Source: an uncultured Gammaproteobacteria bacterium
GTDB lineage: Bacteria > Patescibacteriota > Microgenomatia > Levybacterales > UBA12049
Assembly: GCA_964553245.1 (NCBI GenBank)
Contig: CAZKJM010000001.1
Span: 447,555 to 511,554, forward strand
Direction of reading: 5' to 3'
Length of the DNA: 64,000 bases
The first letter of the stretch is position 1. Each line of letters starts with the position of its first letter. Under the pieces are notes generated by a model, which worked only from the letters and a program-made list of their open reading frames with translations, was not told where the DNA came from and searched no databases. The position numbers and the translations under genes are program-made. Positions 45,489 through 58,666 of the stretch are shown here, piece after piece.

Positions 45489-45560
45489 GCGTCTGTAGCT
45501 CAGTGGCAGAGCGCTACTCTTATAAAGTAGATGTCCTTGGTTCGAACCCAAGCAGACGCA
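45489..45560 (+). tRNA. tRNA-Ile(TAT)
   Basis: GCGTCTG-TA-GCTC-AGTGGCA-GAGC-G-CTACT-CTTATAA-AGTAG-ATGTC-CTTGG-TTCGAAC-CCAAG-CAGACGC-A. Every stem pairs perfectly and the anticodon is UAU. Confidence 0.75.
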
Positions 45561-45563
45561 CAA

Positions 45564-46424
45564 TTAAAGCTCTGAGAGGATGTTTGTTTCTTTGCCGCGT
45601 TCTGGTACGTATTGAAGATATCTTTCGGTTGTAGAAAGCCTTTTATGACCCAAGAGCTTAGAAAGCATTACTAAAGAAACACCGTGTTTTAAATGATGTG
45701 CAACAAAAGTGTGTCTTAAATCATTTACTTTTGCCCCTTTAATTTCTGCTAATCTAAAGTATCTTTCGACCGCAGTCCTAATGTTTCTGATTAAAAATGG
45801 TTTTCCGGATTTAGTTATAAACAAAGTGTTTTCGGTTGCCTTTGGTCTTACTTCTAAATATTTTTCCAAAGCGTCTTTTGCTCTTTTATTAAGCGGCACT
45901 GTTCTTTCTTCGTGTTTTTCAAAAGGTGCAATATGAAGACTATCCTTTTGCATATCAGATAATGTTAAAGCTGCTAATTCTCCGATTCTAATTCCGGTTT
46001 GAAGCAATAATTCGATTACCGCATACATTCTTGCGTCATTTCTTGCAGCGTCTCTTAATGCTCTATACTCGGTTGGGGTAAGGATTCTGGGTGGAGCAAG
46101 TTGGTAGGTTGGGTGAGTAATTAAAAGCGATGGATCATCGGTTATATATTCACTGATTTTTAAAAACCTATAAAAAGTTCTGGTTGAGTTTATTTTTCTA
46201 GAGACCGATTTTGGCGTATAACCATCTTTATTCATTTTTGCCAAAAATGCTTCCAAATCTTCTTTTTTAACATCGTGAACTTGAGCTTTTTGAAGCTCTT
46301 CTAGAAAACCGACAAGCTGGTCAATGTCTTTACCGTAGGCAATAACAGTTGAGTTTGAATGCTTGTTATCCTTTAAATATTTTTTAAACTGTTCGTGGGC
46401 ATCGCGAAGTTTAACTGGTTTCAT
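45564..46424 (-). CDS. Tyrosine recombinase (XerC/XerD-like)
   Basis: Catalytic R…HxxR…Y region (LRHTFVAHHLKHGVSLVMLSKLLGHKRLSTTERYLQ) and an N-terminal SAM-like core-binding domain. It ends 3 nt from the tRNA-Ile 3' end. Confidence 0.8.
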   Translation of the reverse strand: MKPVKLRDAHEQFKKYLKDNKHSNSTVIAYGKDIDQLVGFLEELQKAQVHDVKKEDLEAFLAKMNKDGYTPKSVSRKINSTRTFYRFLKISEYITDDPSLLITHPTYQLAPPRILTPTEYRALRDAARNDARMYAVIELLLQTGIRIGELAALTLSDMQKDSLHIAPFEKHEERTVPLNKRAKDALEKYLEVRPKATENTLFITKSGKPFLIRNIRTAVERYFRLAEIKGAKVNDLRHTFVAHHLKHGVSLVMLSKLLGHKRLSTTERYLQYVPERGKETNILSEL

Positions 46425-46527
46425 AATAATATCCTATAATATCACTAAAAATACCTATAGTCAAGGGTATTTTTTACAAAATAATCTAAAAACAGTCAAA
46501 GTATGTTAATATAGTTAAAAGTAGTTC

Positions 46528-46869
46528 ATGAAGAAGATACTATTTGTAGTTACGGTTATAATTCTGCTCTTAATAATTAATAATCTTTCACGCTCAATTT
46601 ATGATTTGTGGAAAAAGCAGGATCTTCTTACTAAAGCTCAGAAAGAGCTTGTAAAAGAACAACAATTAAATCAAAAGCTTAAAGCAGAATTGTCCTTTGC
46701 GAAAACCCGTCAATTTATAGAGGAAGAGGCTAGAAATAAGCTTTTTTTACTAAAACCGGGTGAGCAACAAGTGTTAATTTCCGAAGATCAGCTTAATCTA
46801 GGAAAACAAAAGTCAACAAAACCGGAAATTCCAAATTGGCAAAAATGGTTAAACTTATTTGTAAAATAG
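46528..46869 (+). CDS. Septum formation initiator (FtsB/DivIC-like)
   Basis: N-terminal TM followed by a coiled coil (LWKKQDLLTKAQKELVKEQQLNQKLKAEL). Confidence 0.5.
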   Translation: MKKILFVVTVIILLLIINNLSRSIYDLWKKQDLLTKAQKELVKEQQLNQKLKAELSFAKTRQFIEEEARNKLFLLKPGEQQVLISEDQLNLGKQKSTKPEIPNWQKWLNLFVK

Positions 46870-46873
46870 GCAT

Positions 46874-47659
46874 ATGTTGAAACAAAGAGAAATAATTAAG
46901 AGGGCAGCATTGGAGGCTGGAAAAATAATTTTGGCAACTAAGCCAACGGAAAATGTAAAGGAAAAAGCAGGAAGGGCGAATCTAGTTACAGAAGCGGATC
47001 TTAAAAGCGAAAATGCAATAGTTGAGCTTATAAATCAACACTTTCCCGAAGACTTAATATTGTCAGAAGAAACAAAAAGTAACATCCCAAATCCATTATT
47101 AGCAGAAAAGCTCTGGGTTGTGGACCCAATTGACGGAACAAATAATTTTAGATACGAAAGAAATTATTCTTGTGTTTCAATTGCCTATGCGGAAAAAGGC
47201 GTAGTGCAATTAGGGGTAGTTTATGATCCGTTTAGAGATGAAATGTTTTATGCAGAAAAAATGCAGGGAGCATTTTTAAACGGAAAAAAGATTTTTGTCT
47301 CCAAGTTAAAAGATTTAGCAAGGTCAGTGGTAGCCAGTGATAATTCTTACGAGTCCGAAGGAACCAAGTATAACCTTGAGTTATTTTTAAAATTAAATCC
47401 AGCGCCTTGGTTTTTGATAAAAGGAAGCGCCACTTTAACAATGTGCGAAGTTGCTGCCGGTAGAATTGATCTCTATTTTCACAATTATTTAAAACCATGG
47501 GATAATGCGGCAGCGTTTTTAATAGTTGAGGAAGCAGGCGGAGTAGTAAGAGGTATTAGCGGTAATAATGCAAATTTTATGTCGGAAAGCGTAATTTGTG
47601 GAAACGAAGAACTTGTAAAAAACTTTGTTGCGGGGCTAGGAGTTGCGCCTAGCCTGTGA
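46874..47659 (+). CDS. Inositol monophosphatase family protein (SuhB-like)
   Basis: Signature WVVDPIDGTNNF and the metal-binding EE motif. Confidence 0.75.
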   Translation: MLKQREIIKRAALEAGKIILATKPTENVKEKAGRANLVTEADLKSENAIVELINQHFPEDLILSEETKSNIPNPLLAEKLWVVDPIDGTNNFRYERNYSCVSIAYAEKGVVQLGVVYDPFRDEMFYAEKMQGAFLNGKKIFVSKLKDLARSVVASDNSYESEGTKYNLELFLKLNPAPWFLIKGSATLTMCEVAAGRIDLYFHNYLKPWDNAAAFLIVEEAGGVVRGISGNNANFMSESVICGNEELVKNFVAGLGVAPSL

Positions 47660-47708
47660 GATTATGAGCCTCACGTGCACTGTACACTACCCCGCACGTA
47701 AAGCACAT

Positions 47709-47748
47709 TTTAACAGAATTTTGAATTTAGGTCAAAGTTTGCTATACT
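47709..47748 (+). promoter_or_regulatory. Promoter TTGAAT-16-TATACT with TGn extended -10 (TGCTATACT) for the tRNA(CAT) gene
   Basis: ttgaatttaggtcaaagtttgctatact. The -10 element ends about 9 nt before the tRNA 5' end at 47758. Confidence 0.55.
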
Positions 47749-47757
47749 TGAGGCTAC

Positions 47758-47831
47758 GCCAGGGTAGCTCAGTCGGTTAGAGCACAGCATTCATAACGCT
47801 GAGGTCGTGGGTTCGATCCCCACCTCTGGTA
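47758..47831 (+). tRNA. tRNA with CAT anticodon (elongator Met or Ile2; not initiator-like)
   Basis: GCCAGGG-TA-GCTC-AGTCGGTTA-GAGC-A-CAGCA-TTCATAA-CGCTG-AGGTC-GTGGG-TTCGATC-CCCAC-CTCTGGT-A. The acceptor has two G·U pairs. It lacks the three G:C anticodon-stem pairs of initiator tRNA. Confidence 0.65.
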
Positions 47832-47879
47832 CACATTCGACTCGCTTCACTCGCTCAGTGCAAGCACCAGTTATTCATT

Positions 47880-48664
47880 ATGAATAATCAGCCTATTGGA
47901 ATTTTTGATTCTGGCCTTGGTGGTTTATCTGTTTTAAAAGAAATCGAAAAACTGCTTCCCAAAGAAAATTTTATTTACGTTGCTGATCAGGCAAATTTTT
48001 CTTATGGGTTAAAGTCAAAAAAAGAGCTTGAGGCACTTACGACTAAAATCGTACAATTTTTAATCAATAAAAAAGTAAAATTAGTAGTTGTCGCATGTAA
48101 CACGGCCACAATTCAGGCAATAGAGTGTTTAAGGAAAAACTTCACAATCCCAATAATTGGCATTGTGCCTGTTATTAAAACCATTTCCTCTATTTCCAAA
48201 ACAAAAAACACGGCAGTATTTGCAACTCCGTCAACAACAAAAAGTAAGTACTTAAGTAGTTTAATAAAAAAATATGCTCATGGCGTAAAGGTTTATAAAA
48301 TAAGCGGAATTGGATTAGAGCAGCTAATAGAGCAGGGGGAATTTAATGACGGCAGAATTAAGAATGCATTGGAAAAGTCACTGGCTAAGTTAAAAAATAA
48401 AAACATTGATGTTATTGCTCTTGGTTGTACGCATTATCCATTTATCAAGCCTCAAATTCAAAGAATACTCGGTTCAAAAATTACCATTATTGATTCGGGA
48501 GGTGCGGTTGCAAGGAGAGTAAAGTCGATTTTAATTCAAGAGAATTTGCTTGCCGGAGATAAAAGGGAAAACAGCTTTTATACTTCTTGCGATGCAAAAA
48601 GGTTTAAAAGAATGCTAAAATCACTATTAAGAATAGAAACAGATAATGTTTTTGGTTTAAATAT

Positions 48665-48668
<4 letters not shown>
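47880..48668 (+). CDS. murI: Glutamate racemase
   Basis: IGIFDSGLGGLSV… and VVACNTAT motifs. Confidence 0.85.
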
Positions 48669-52339
<3,671 letters not shown>

Positions 52340-52353
52340 TAAATAATAAATGG

Positions 52354-52382
52354 TTGACAAAATAAGCATTTAGTTTTATAGT
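52354..52382 (+). promoter_or_regulatory. Consensus sigma-70 promoter TTGACA-17-TATAGT, 7 nt upstream of a GTG-start ORF (leaderless?)
   Basis: ttgacaaaataagcatttagttttatagt. The ORF GTG at 52390 has no intervening RBS. Confidence 0.5.
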
Positions 52383-52389
52383 TTGCATC

Positions 52390-52941
52390 GTGAAGGAAAG
52401 ATATAGCGAGGAAAGATCAGAAAAAAGAACAGTAGTCGTGCATTTATTATTTTCTAAAACTCCAGAACCAGAAGTTTATCGCGCTTCATTAAAAAACGGA
52501 GAAGACCCCTCAGCTTATGCTTTAAATATTCTTGGCAAAGATGGAGCCTATGGTTATAAAATTGGAGATCTTTATTCAGGAACAATAATTCTTGATGGTA
52601 AGACGAGGGCTTATCAGACAACAGAGCAAATGGAGCCAGGTATAGTTTATGTTGACGCGGAAAAATTTTCCGTTGAAGATTCAAGGAAAGCATTAAGGGA
52701 ATTAGAAGAAGAATTTGCTTTTGAAAACGAAGGTAATATCTATGCAACAAAAACAATAGACAAAGACCCTGGATATAAATTGGAATATTTAACATTAAGT
52801 GAATCATTGAAAAATGTTCTTCGTCTTAGGGAAAGAGCGGGAGATGAATTTGTGGAGCCGGAATTAGTAAGAGCAAGAGATGGATCATGGCATATTTTGG
52901 GAACAAAGGATAAAATGGTAAAGTCTAAAGATAAAAGATAA
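52390..52941 (+). CDS. Hypothetical protein (183 aa; apparent GTG start)
   Basis: ORF directly downstream of the consensus promoter. No recognised domain. Confidence 0.4.
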   Translation: MKERYSEERSEKRTVVVHLLFSKTPEPEVYRASLKNGEDPSAYALNILGKDGAYGYKIGDLYSGTIILDGKTRAYQTTEQMEPGIVYVDAEKFSVEDSRKALRELEEEFAFENEGNIYATKTIDKDPGYKLEYLTLSESLKNVLRLRERAGDEFVEPELVRARDGSWHILGTKDKMVKSKDKR

Positions 52942-52967
52942 ATTTTTCAAAATACCACTTAAGTTAT

Positions 52968-53459
52968 ATGGAGAGATTTTTAAGCCCACGAAGACCAAGA
53001 GAAGAAGCCGTAAAACAGTGGCAAACAATACAAGTCTTAGAAGAAATTACTTTTGGTAAAAAGAGTTTTTTTCGGACAAGAGTTAATTCTAAACTTTCTA
53101 ATCAAGGGATAGCAAGTGAGGTTATAGAAATCAGCAGACGAGCATATGGATTTGTAAAAATTGACAGTAGAGATCCAGAAACCGAAGATGCGAATCCAAA
53201 AATTAATTATATTGACGCACGCTTTTTTACTATGGAAGAAACTCTCCGTTTTCCACCAAAATTTGAACGTTCTTTAAAAAAGAAAGAATATTTAAGCTTA
53301 ATGTATGCAATGAGCGAATATATGACGATGCTTGCAGTGAGCGAATGCAAAAATGAAAACGAAATAAAAAAACCAAGAGGGATAATTAGAAGAAGAGATG
53401 GATTATTTACGGTTTTAAAAAATGGGGATAGAATTATTTCGACGACTCAAAAAAACTAG
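52968..53459 (+). CDS. Hypothetical protein (163 aa)
   Basis: ORF with coding-like composition and no recognised domain. Confidence 0.4.
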   Translation: MERFLSPRRPREEAVKQWQTIQVLEEITFGKKSFFRTRVNSKLSNQGIASEVIEISRRAYGFVKIDSRDPETEDANPKINYIDARFFTMEETLRFPPKFERSLKKKEYLSLMYAMSEYMTMLAVSECKNENEIKKPRGIIRRRDGLFTVLKNGDRIISTTQKN

Positions 53460-53465
53460 AAATAT

Positions 53466-53485
53466 AGCCTCTACTATGCTATACT
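53466..53485 (+). promoter_or_regulatory. Extended -10 promoter element TGCTATACT, 7 nt upstream of the ftsH ATG (possible leaderless transcript)
   Basis: ctactatgctatactgaccaccATG, the same 9-mer as at 23862 and 47740. Confidence 0.4.
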
Positions 53486-53492
53486 GACCACC

Positions 53493-55370
53493 ATGCGAAA
53501 CGGTAAAAAAAGAAAAATAAAAATTACAAAACCAAATGTCAGGTTTTCTTGGAAAAATGGAATTATTTATGCTTTTTTAGCGGTTTTTATTTGGTTTGTA
53601 ATTATCGGAATTACTCAGCCTATAGGAGAAAATGGATCAGAAACAAAAGACGTTCCTCTCTCGCAAATTATTACAGAAGTAAAACAAAACAAAATTAAAC
53701 AAATTGAAGTTTCTGGAAATAAAATTACAGCAATAGATAAAGAAGGAAAAACCATAGAAGCAAATAAGGAAGAAGGCGCAAATCTTTATCAGATTTTTAA
53801 AGATTCAGGTATATCTTTGGAAAAAACAAAAGTTGTTGTTAAGGATGATACTACTTTAAATACTTGGGTTAGTATTCTTTCTTCGGTTTTGCCTGTAATC
53901 TTAATGGTTGCTTTTTTCTACTTTATATTTAGACAGGCCCGTGGAGCACAGGAGAATGTTTTTTCTTTTGGTCAGTCAAAAGCAAAAATGTTTAATAAGG
54001 GAATTCAAAGGGTTACATTTGCAGACGTTGCGGGAGTAGATGAGGCAAAACAGGAGTTATCGGAAATCGTTGATTTTCTTAAAAACCCGAGTAAATATAA
54101 GGCAATGGGAGCAAGAACCCCAAAGGGAGTGTTAATGATTGGTCCATCAGGTACCGGTAAAACACTTTTAGCAAGAGCAACGGCAGGCGAAGCAAATGTT
54201 CCGTTTTTTTCTATGGCAGGATCTGAATTTATGGAAATGCTGGTTGGCGTTGGAGCATCAAGGGTAAGGGATTTATTTAATACTGCAAAAAAGGCACAGC
54301 CTGCAATTATTTTTATAGACGAAATCGATGCGATTGGAAGACAACGTGGGGCAGGGTTAATGGGTGGACATGATGAAAGAGAGCAAACATTAAATCAGAT
54401 TCTAGTAGAAATGGATGGATTTGCTCCGACGGAACAATTAATCGTAATTGCAGCAACCAATAGACCTGATGTTTTGGATCCGGCTTTGGTAAGACCGGGA
54501 AGATTTGACAGGCGAGTTGCTTTGGATATGCCGGATGTTGAAGGTAGAAAAGCGATTTTAGCAATTCATGCAAAAGGAAAGCCATTTGCAGAGGACGTTA
54601 ATTGGGACAAAGCATCCAAGAGAACGGTTGGTTTTTCTGGTGCGGATTTAGAAAATATGCTAAATGAAGCGGCGATTTTAGCAGCCCGTTTAGGCAAAAA
54701 AGCAATAGAAATGAAAGACTTGGAGGAAGCGGCAACTAAAGTAAAATTGGGACCGGAGAAAAAAAGACTTCAAACAGAAGAGGATCGAAAGATGACTGCA
54801 TATCATGAAGCAGGTCACGCGATTGTTTCATGGTCGATGCCGCATACTGATCCCGTGCACAGAATCTCAATTGTTTCAAGAGGAATGTCCTTGGGTCATA
54901 CGATGCTTGAACCAACAGAGCATTTACACGAAACAAAAACATATCTTCTTGAGCAAATTGCAGTAATGCTTGGGGGAAGAGCAGCGGAGAATTTAATTTT
55001 TAAGGAAATGACAACAGGAGCAGCAGATGATATTTCCAAGGCAACTATGGTTGCAAGAACAATGGTAACAGAGTATGGAATGAGCGACATAGGACCGATT
55101 AACCTTGATGGAGAAAAAAGAATGATTTATGAACAAGCGCCGATTTCTCCGGATATGTCTGCAAAAATTGACGCAGAAATTAAAAAAATAACAGACGATG
55201 CGTATAAAAAAGCAGCTTCAATTTTGGTTAAGCATAAGAAAAAACTGGATAAATTAGCAGAAGAACTTCTTAAAAAAGAAACACTTGAATCAGAAGATTT
55301 CGAGGCGCTGGTTGGCAAAAAACCACTGATGGAAAAATCTGTTAAACTAAAAAAGACCATAAGGTCTTGA
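53493..55370 (+). CDS. ftsH: ATP-dependent zinc metalloprotease FtsH
   Basis: AAA Walker A ([13 protein letters not shown]), SRH, and the HEAGH zinc-binding motif (HEAGHAIV). Confidence 0.9.
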   Translation: MRNGKKRKIKITKPNVRFSWKNGIIYAFLAVFIWFVIIGITQPIGENGSETKDVPLSQIITEVKQNKIKQIEVSGNKITAIDKEGKTIEANKEEGANLYQIFKDSGISLEKTKVVVKDDTTLNTWVSILSSVLPVILMVAFFYFIFRQARGAQENVFSFGQSKAKMFNKGIQRVTFADVAGVDEAKQELSEIVDFLKNPSKYKAMGARTPKGVLMIGPSGTGKTLLARATAGEANVPFFSMAGSEFMEMLVGVGASRVRDLFNTAKKAQPAIIFIDEIDAIGRQRGAGLMGGHDEREQTLNQILVEMDGFAPTEQLIVIAATNRPDVLDPALVRPGRFDRRVALDMPDVEGRKAILAIHAKGKPFAEDVNWDKASKRTVGFSGADLENMLNEAAILAARLGKKAIEMKDLEEAATKVKLGPEKKRLQTEEDRKMTAYHEAGHAIVSWSMPHTDPVHRISIVSRGMSLGHTMLEPTEHLHETKTYLLEQIAVMLGGRAAENLIFKEMTTGAADDISKATMVARTMVTEYGMSDIGPINLDGEKRMIYEQAPISPDMSAKIDAEIKKITDDAYKKAASILVKHKKKLDKLAEELLKKETLESEDFEALVGKKPLMEKSVKLKKTIRS

Positions 55371-55371
55371 T

Positions 55372-57048
55372 ATGAAAAAAATATTCAAGTCTCTAACACT
55401 CGGTCTTATTCTGTTTATTTTTTCTACGTCTTCTTCTTTTGCCTCGGCTGAATCAATCGAAGTTTTCAATACACAAATAACCGTGCGTAAAGATGGAAGT
55501 CTTGATGTTATCGAAAACATAAAATACAATTTTTTTGACAATCAAAAACACGGTATTTACAGAGATATACCATTGGCAAGCTCTAATAACGGTGTTTACA
55601 AAGAAATTGGAGTTGAAGTAAAAGAGGTTTTAAGAGATGGAACAAGCGAGAGGTATACAAAGACAGTAAATAATAATAAATTAAATCTTAAAATCGGAAA
55701 AGCGGAACAGACGATTTCCGGAATTCACAATTATATAATTTCTTATAAAGTTACTAATGTAATCGGAAATTTTGATGATCACGATGAAATATATTGGAAC
55801 GCAACCGGTACTGATTGGGAAGTAGGAGTTAATTCTACAAGTGTTAAAATAATTCCGGATTTTGATACTTCGATTACTAAATTTACCTGTTTTACAGGAA
55901 GCTTTGGCTCCAAGGACAAAAATTGCGAATTCAGTAAAGACGGCGAAGTCGGAATTTTTAAATCAACAGCTGTTTTAAATCCAGGAGAAGGATTAACAAT
56001 TGTTGCTGGATTTCCGCCAAATACTTTTCCAAAAAGCAAAATAAGCGTTTTAGAAAATAAGGAATTATCCCCGTTTTGGACAGCAGTAATAATTGGATTA
56101 GTAATTTTAGCAACTGTTTTGTATTATATTGCGCTTCCATTTTTTGTTTTTCGCTGGTATTTAAGAAACAGACATAAATCCCGTTTTGGAAGCCCTTCCG
56201 TTAACTTTGATTTACCAAAAGATAACGACAACAACCGCTTACTTCCCGCAGAAGCAGGAGTGATGGATACGGCAAGATTGGAAAAAGATGATGTTGTTGC
56301 AACAATTTTTGACTTGGCAATAAGAAAATATATTTTTATAGAGCAGATTAAAAAGAAAAAATTTTTGGGTCTTGGTGAAGATAAAGACTTTTTGATAAAA
56401 AAGAAAAAAGATTTTAATGACCTAACAGGATTTGAAAAAACCCTATTAGAAAGGCTTTTTAAGAACGGTGAATCGGTTGAGTTAGGTTCATTGTCCTCGG
56501 ATTTTTATGAAACATTTACGAAACTACAAAAAGACATTTTTTCTATTCTAATTAAGAAAGGTTTTTACAAGGAAAACCCACAGAATAAAAAAGCTCTTTA
56601 TGCAGGTCTTGGATTTTTTTCGGTTATTTTTTTCCTAAACTTGCCTCTTGCTTTTATTCTATTCTGGATGTTCGGCGAATATAACGGCAGAACAGACTTA
56701 GGGGATGAGGTAGACTTTCGAGTTGATGGACTTAAGCTTTTCTTAAAAAGCATGGACAGGGAACATAAATGGTATGCCAATCAACTTGCTTTAGTTGAGC
56801 AAATGATTCCGTATTCAATTGCCTTAGGTTACATAGACAAATTTATGGAGCAATTAAAAATTTCTTATCCGGATTATGATCCTACATGGTACAAAGGGAA
56901 TATGGCGTTTTTTGCAGTGTCAAATAGTATGTTTAACTCAATGAATAGTAGCATTGCAACAAATGCTCCTTCAAGATCGAGTGGTTTTTCCGGTGGAGGC
57001 GGATTCTCCGGCGGGGGATCCGGTGGAGGCGGAGGAGGAAGTTGGTAG
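55372..57048 (+). CDS. DUF2207-family membrane protein with a C-terminal Gly-rich tail
   Basis: Signal peptide, a large extracellular N-domain, TM helices around residues 240-265 and ~420, and the C-terminus SGFSGGGGFSGGGSGGGGGGSW typical of DUF2207. Confidence 0.5.
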   Translation: MKKIFKSLTLGLILFIFSTSSSFASAESIEVFNTQITVRKDGSLDVIENIKYNFFDNQKHGIYRDIPLASSNNGVYKEIGVEVKEVLRDGTSERYTKTVNNNKLNLKIGKAEQTISGIHNYIISYKVTNVIGNFDDHDEIYWNATGTDWEVGVNSTSVKIIPDFDTSITKFTCFTGSFGSKDKNCEFSKDGEVGIFKSTAVLNPGEGLTIVAGFPPNTFPKSKISVLENKELSPFWTAVIIGLVILATVLYYIALPFFVFRWYLRNRHKSRFGSPSVNFDLPKDNDNNRLLPAEAGVMDTARLEKDDVVATIFDLAIRKYIFIEQIKKKKFLGLGEDKDFLIKKKKDFNDLTGFEKTLLERLFKNGESVELGSLSSDFYETFTKLQKDIFSILIKKGFYKENPQNKKALYAGLGFFSVIFFLNLPLAFILFWMFGEYNGRTDLGDEVDFRVDGLKLFLKSMDREHKWYANQLALVEQMIPYSIALGYIDKFMEQLKISYPDYDPTWYKGNMAFFAVSNSMFNSMNSSIATNAPSRSSGFSGGGGFSGGGSGGGGGGSW

Positions 57049-57094
57049 AAAAATTACTTGACACAAAAAAACATTAGTGGGAAACTAAAGCTAT

Positions 57095-57703
57095 ATGAAA
57101 ATATTCTCAATTTCAGATGCAATTAGTTTTGGGTTTAAAACAGTAAAGAGGAACTTCTTTTTCTTTTTAGGTGTAGTTGCAATTGTTTTTGCAGTATCTG
57201 CTGTTAACAGTAGTCTTCAGGAAAGCTTAATTGACCAGTGGTTTTTATACACTTTAGTAAGCATAGTTTTTTGGATTATTGCAGAAGTTGTCGGAATGGG
57301 AGTTATTAGGATTAATCTTTCTTTTGTTGACGGTAAGAAGCCTAAATTTTCCGATCTTTTTATACTCAATTGGAGACAGTTATTAAATTATATCTTAAGT
57401 TCATTTTTAGTAGGCTTAACGGTGCTTGGGGGCATGATACTTTTGATAGTCCCCGGAATTATTTTCGCCTTAAAACTTCAGTACACGACTTATTTAATAG
57501 TTGATAAAAATATTGGTCCAATTGAAGCATATAAAAAAAGCTGGAAAATGACTAAAGGACAAGTTTGGCATTTGTTTTTACTTGCCCTAACTTTTATTGG
57601 AATTAATTTAGCTGGATTACTACTTCTTGTAATCGGATTATTATTTTCTGCGCCCTTATCGATGGTTGCAGCTACTTCCGTTTATAGAAAGCTTTCCTCT
57701 TAA
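57095..57703 (+). CDS. Hypothetical membrane protein (about 4-5 TM)
   Basis: Hydrophobic helices throughout. No motif. Confidence 0.4.
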   Translation: MKIFSISDAISFGFKTVKRNFFFFLGVVAIVFAVSAVNSSLQESLIDQWFLYTLVSIVFWIIAEVVGMGVIRINLSFVDGKKPKFSDLFILNWRQLLNYILSSFLVGLTVLGGMILLIVPGIIFALKLQYTTYLIVDKNIGPIEAYKKSWKMTKGQVWHLFLLALTFIGINLAGLLLLVIGLLFSAPLSMVAATSVYRKLSS

Positions 57704-57733
57704 AAACCTTTTTAAAATGTTATAATTCAAGCT

Positions 57734-58666
57734 ATGGATAAACTGATTCTCGTTGATGGCAACGCAATTTTACATCGGGCTTTTCACGCACTTCCTCCGC
57801 TTAATAACATAGAAGGTCAGATGACCAACGCGGTTTTTGGTTTTTTTTCAATGCTTTTTAAAATAATAACAGATTTAAAACCGGAGTATTTAGCAGTTTG
57901 CTTTGATAGACCAAAGCCGACATTTAGACAAGAGCTTTACGTCGGCTATCACGCACAAAGACCAAAAATGGACGAAAATTTAGTTCCGCAAATAGGCTTG
58001 GTTCACGAAGGTTTGGAAAAAGCAGGAATAAAAATTTTTGAAATAGACGGATATGAAGCAGACGATTTAATAGGAACTCTTTCTTACCAAGCGGTAAAGA
58101 TTGAAAAAAATGCTCATGTAATAATTGTCTCGGGAGACCGGGATATGCTTCAATTGGTAAATCATAGGGTTAATGTTTTAGCACCAATTATTGGAATTAC
58201 AAAAATGATTTTATTCGATGAGGAAAAGGTTAAGGAAAAATACGGACTTAAACCGCTTCAGATTATTGACTACAAAGCACTCGTTGGAGACCCATCGGAT
58301 AATTACCCGGGAGTTTCTGGAGTTGGTCCTAAAACAGCAAGTGAGTTATTAAAAAAATATGAAACATTTGAAAATTTATACAAACATTTAAACGAACTTC
58401 CCGAAAAACTCTCCGTAAGGCTGGCAGAAGATGCGGAGCAGGCAGCTTTGTGCCGCAAATTGGCAACCATAGTTACGAATGCACCGATTCACCTAAAACT
58501 TACCGAGCTAGATATGGCAAAACTTAAAAAAGAAAAATTAATTAATTTTTTCGAAAAAATGAACTTTAAAAGTTTAATCAATCGTTTGTCAAACGGGGTA
58601 GAGAATCATATTCAGGAGCAAAAGGCAAAAAAAGAAAACAATAATGAGCAACTGGGTTTAATATGA
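57734..58666 (+). CDS. 5'-3' exonuclease (FEN/Pol I N-terminal domain family)
   Basis: LILVDGNAILHRAFHALPPL…, an acidic metal site (…GYEADDLIGT…SGDRDMLQL) and a HhH segment (GVSGVGPKTA). Confidence 0.75.
   Translation: MDKLILVDGNAILHRAFHALPPLNNIEGQMTNAVFGFFSMLFKIITDLKPEYLAVCFDRPKPTFRQELYVGYHAQRPKMDENLVPQIGLVHEGLEKAGIKIFEIDGYEADDLIGTLSYQAVKIEKNAHVIIVSGDRDMLQLVNHRVNVLAPIIGITKMILFDEEKVKEKYGLKPLQIIDYKALVGDPSDNYPGVSGVGPKTASELLKKYETFENLYKHLNELPEKLSVRLAEDAEQAALCRKLATIVTNAPIHLKLTELDMAKLKKEKLINFFEKMNFKSLINRLSNGVENHIQEQKAKKENNNEQLGLI

Noticed and set aside
45489-46530. Prophage or integrated element anchored at tRNA-Ile
   Set aside because: The recombinase is short (286 aa, XerC/D-like architecture). 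I found no repeat of the tRNA 3' end downstream in the window, and the genes beyond it are core housekeeping (FtsB-like, SuhB, MurI/MurD). It is left as an open question only.
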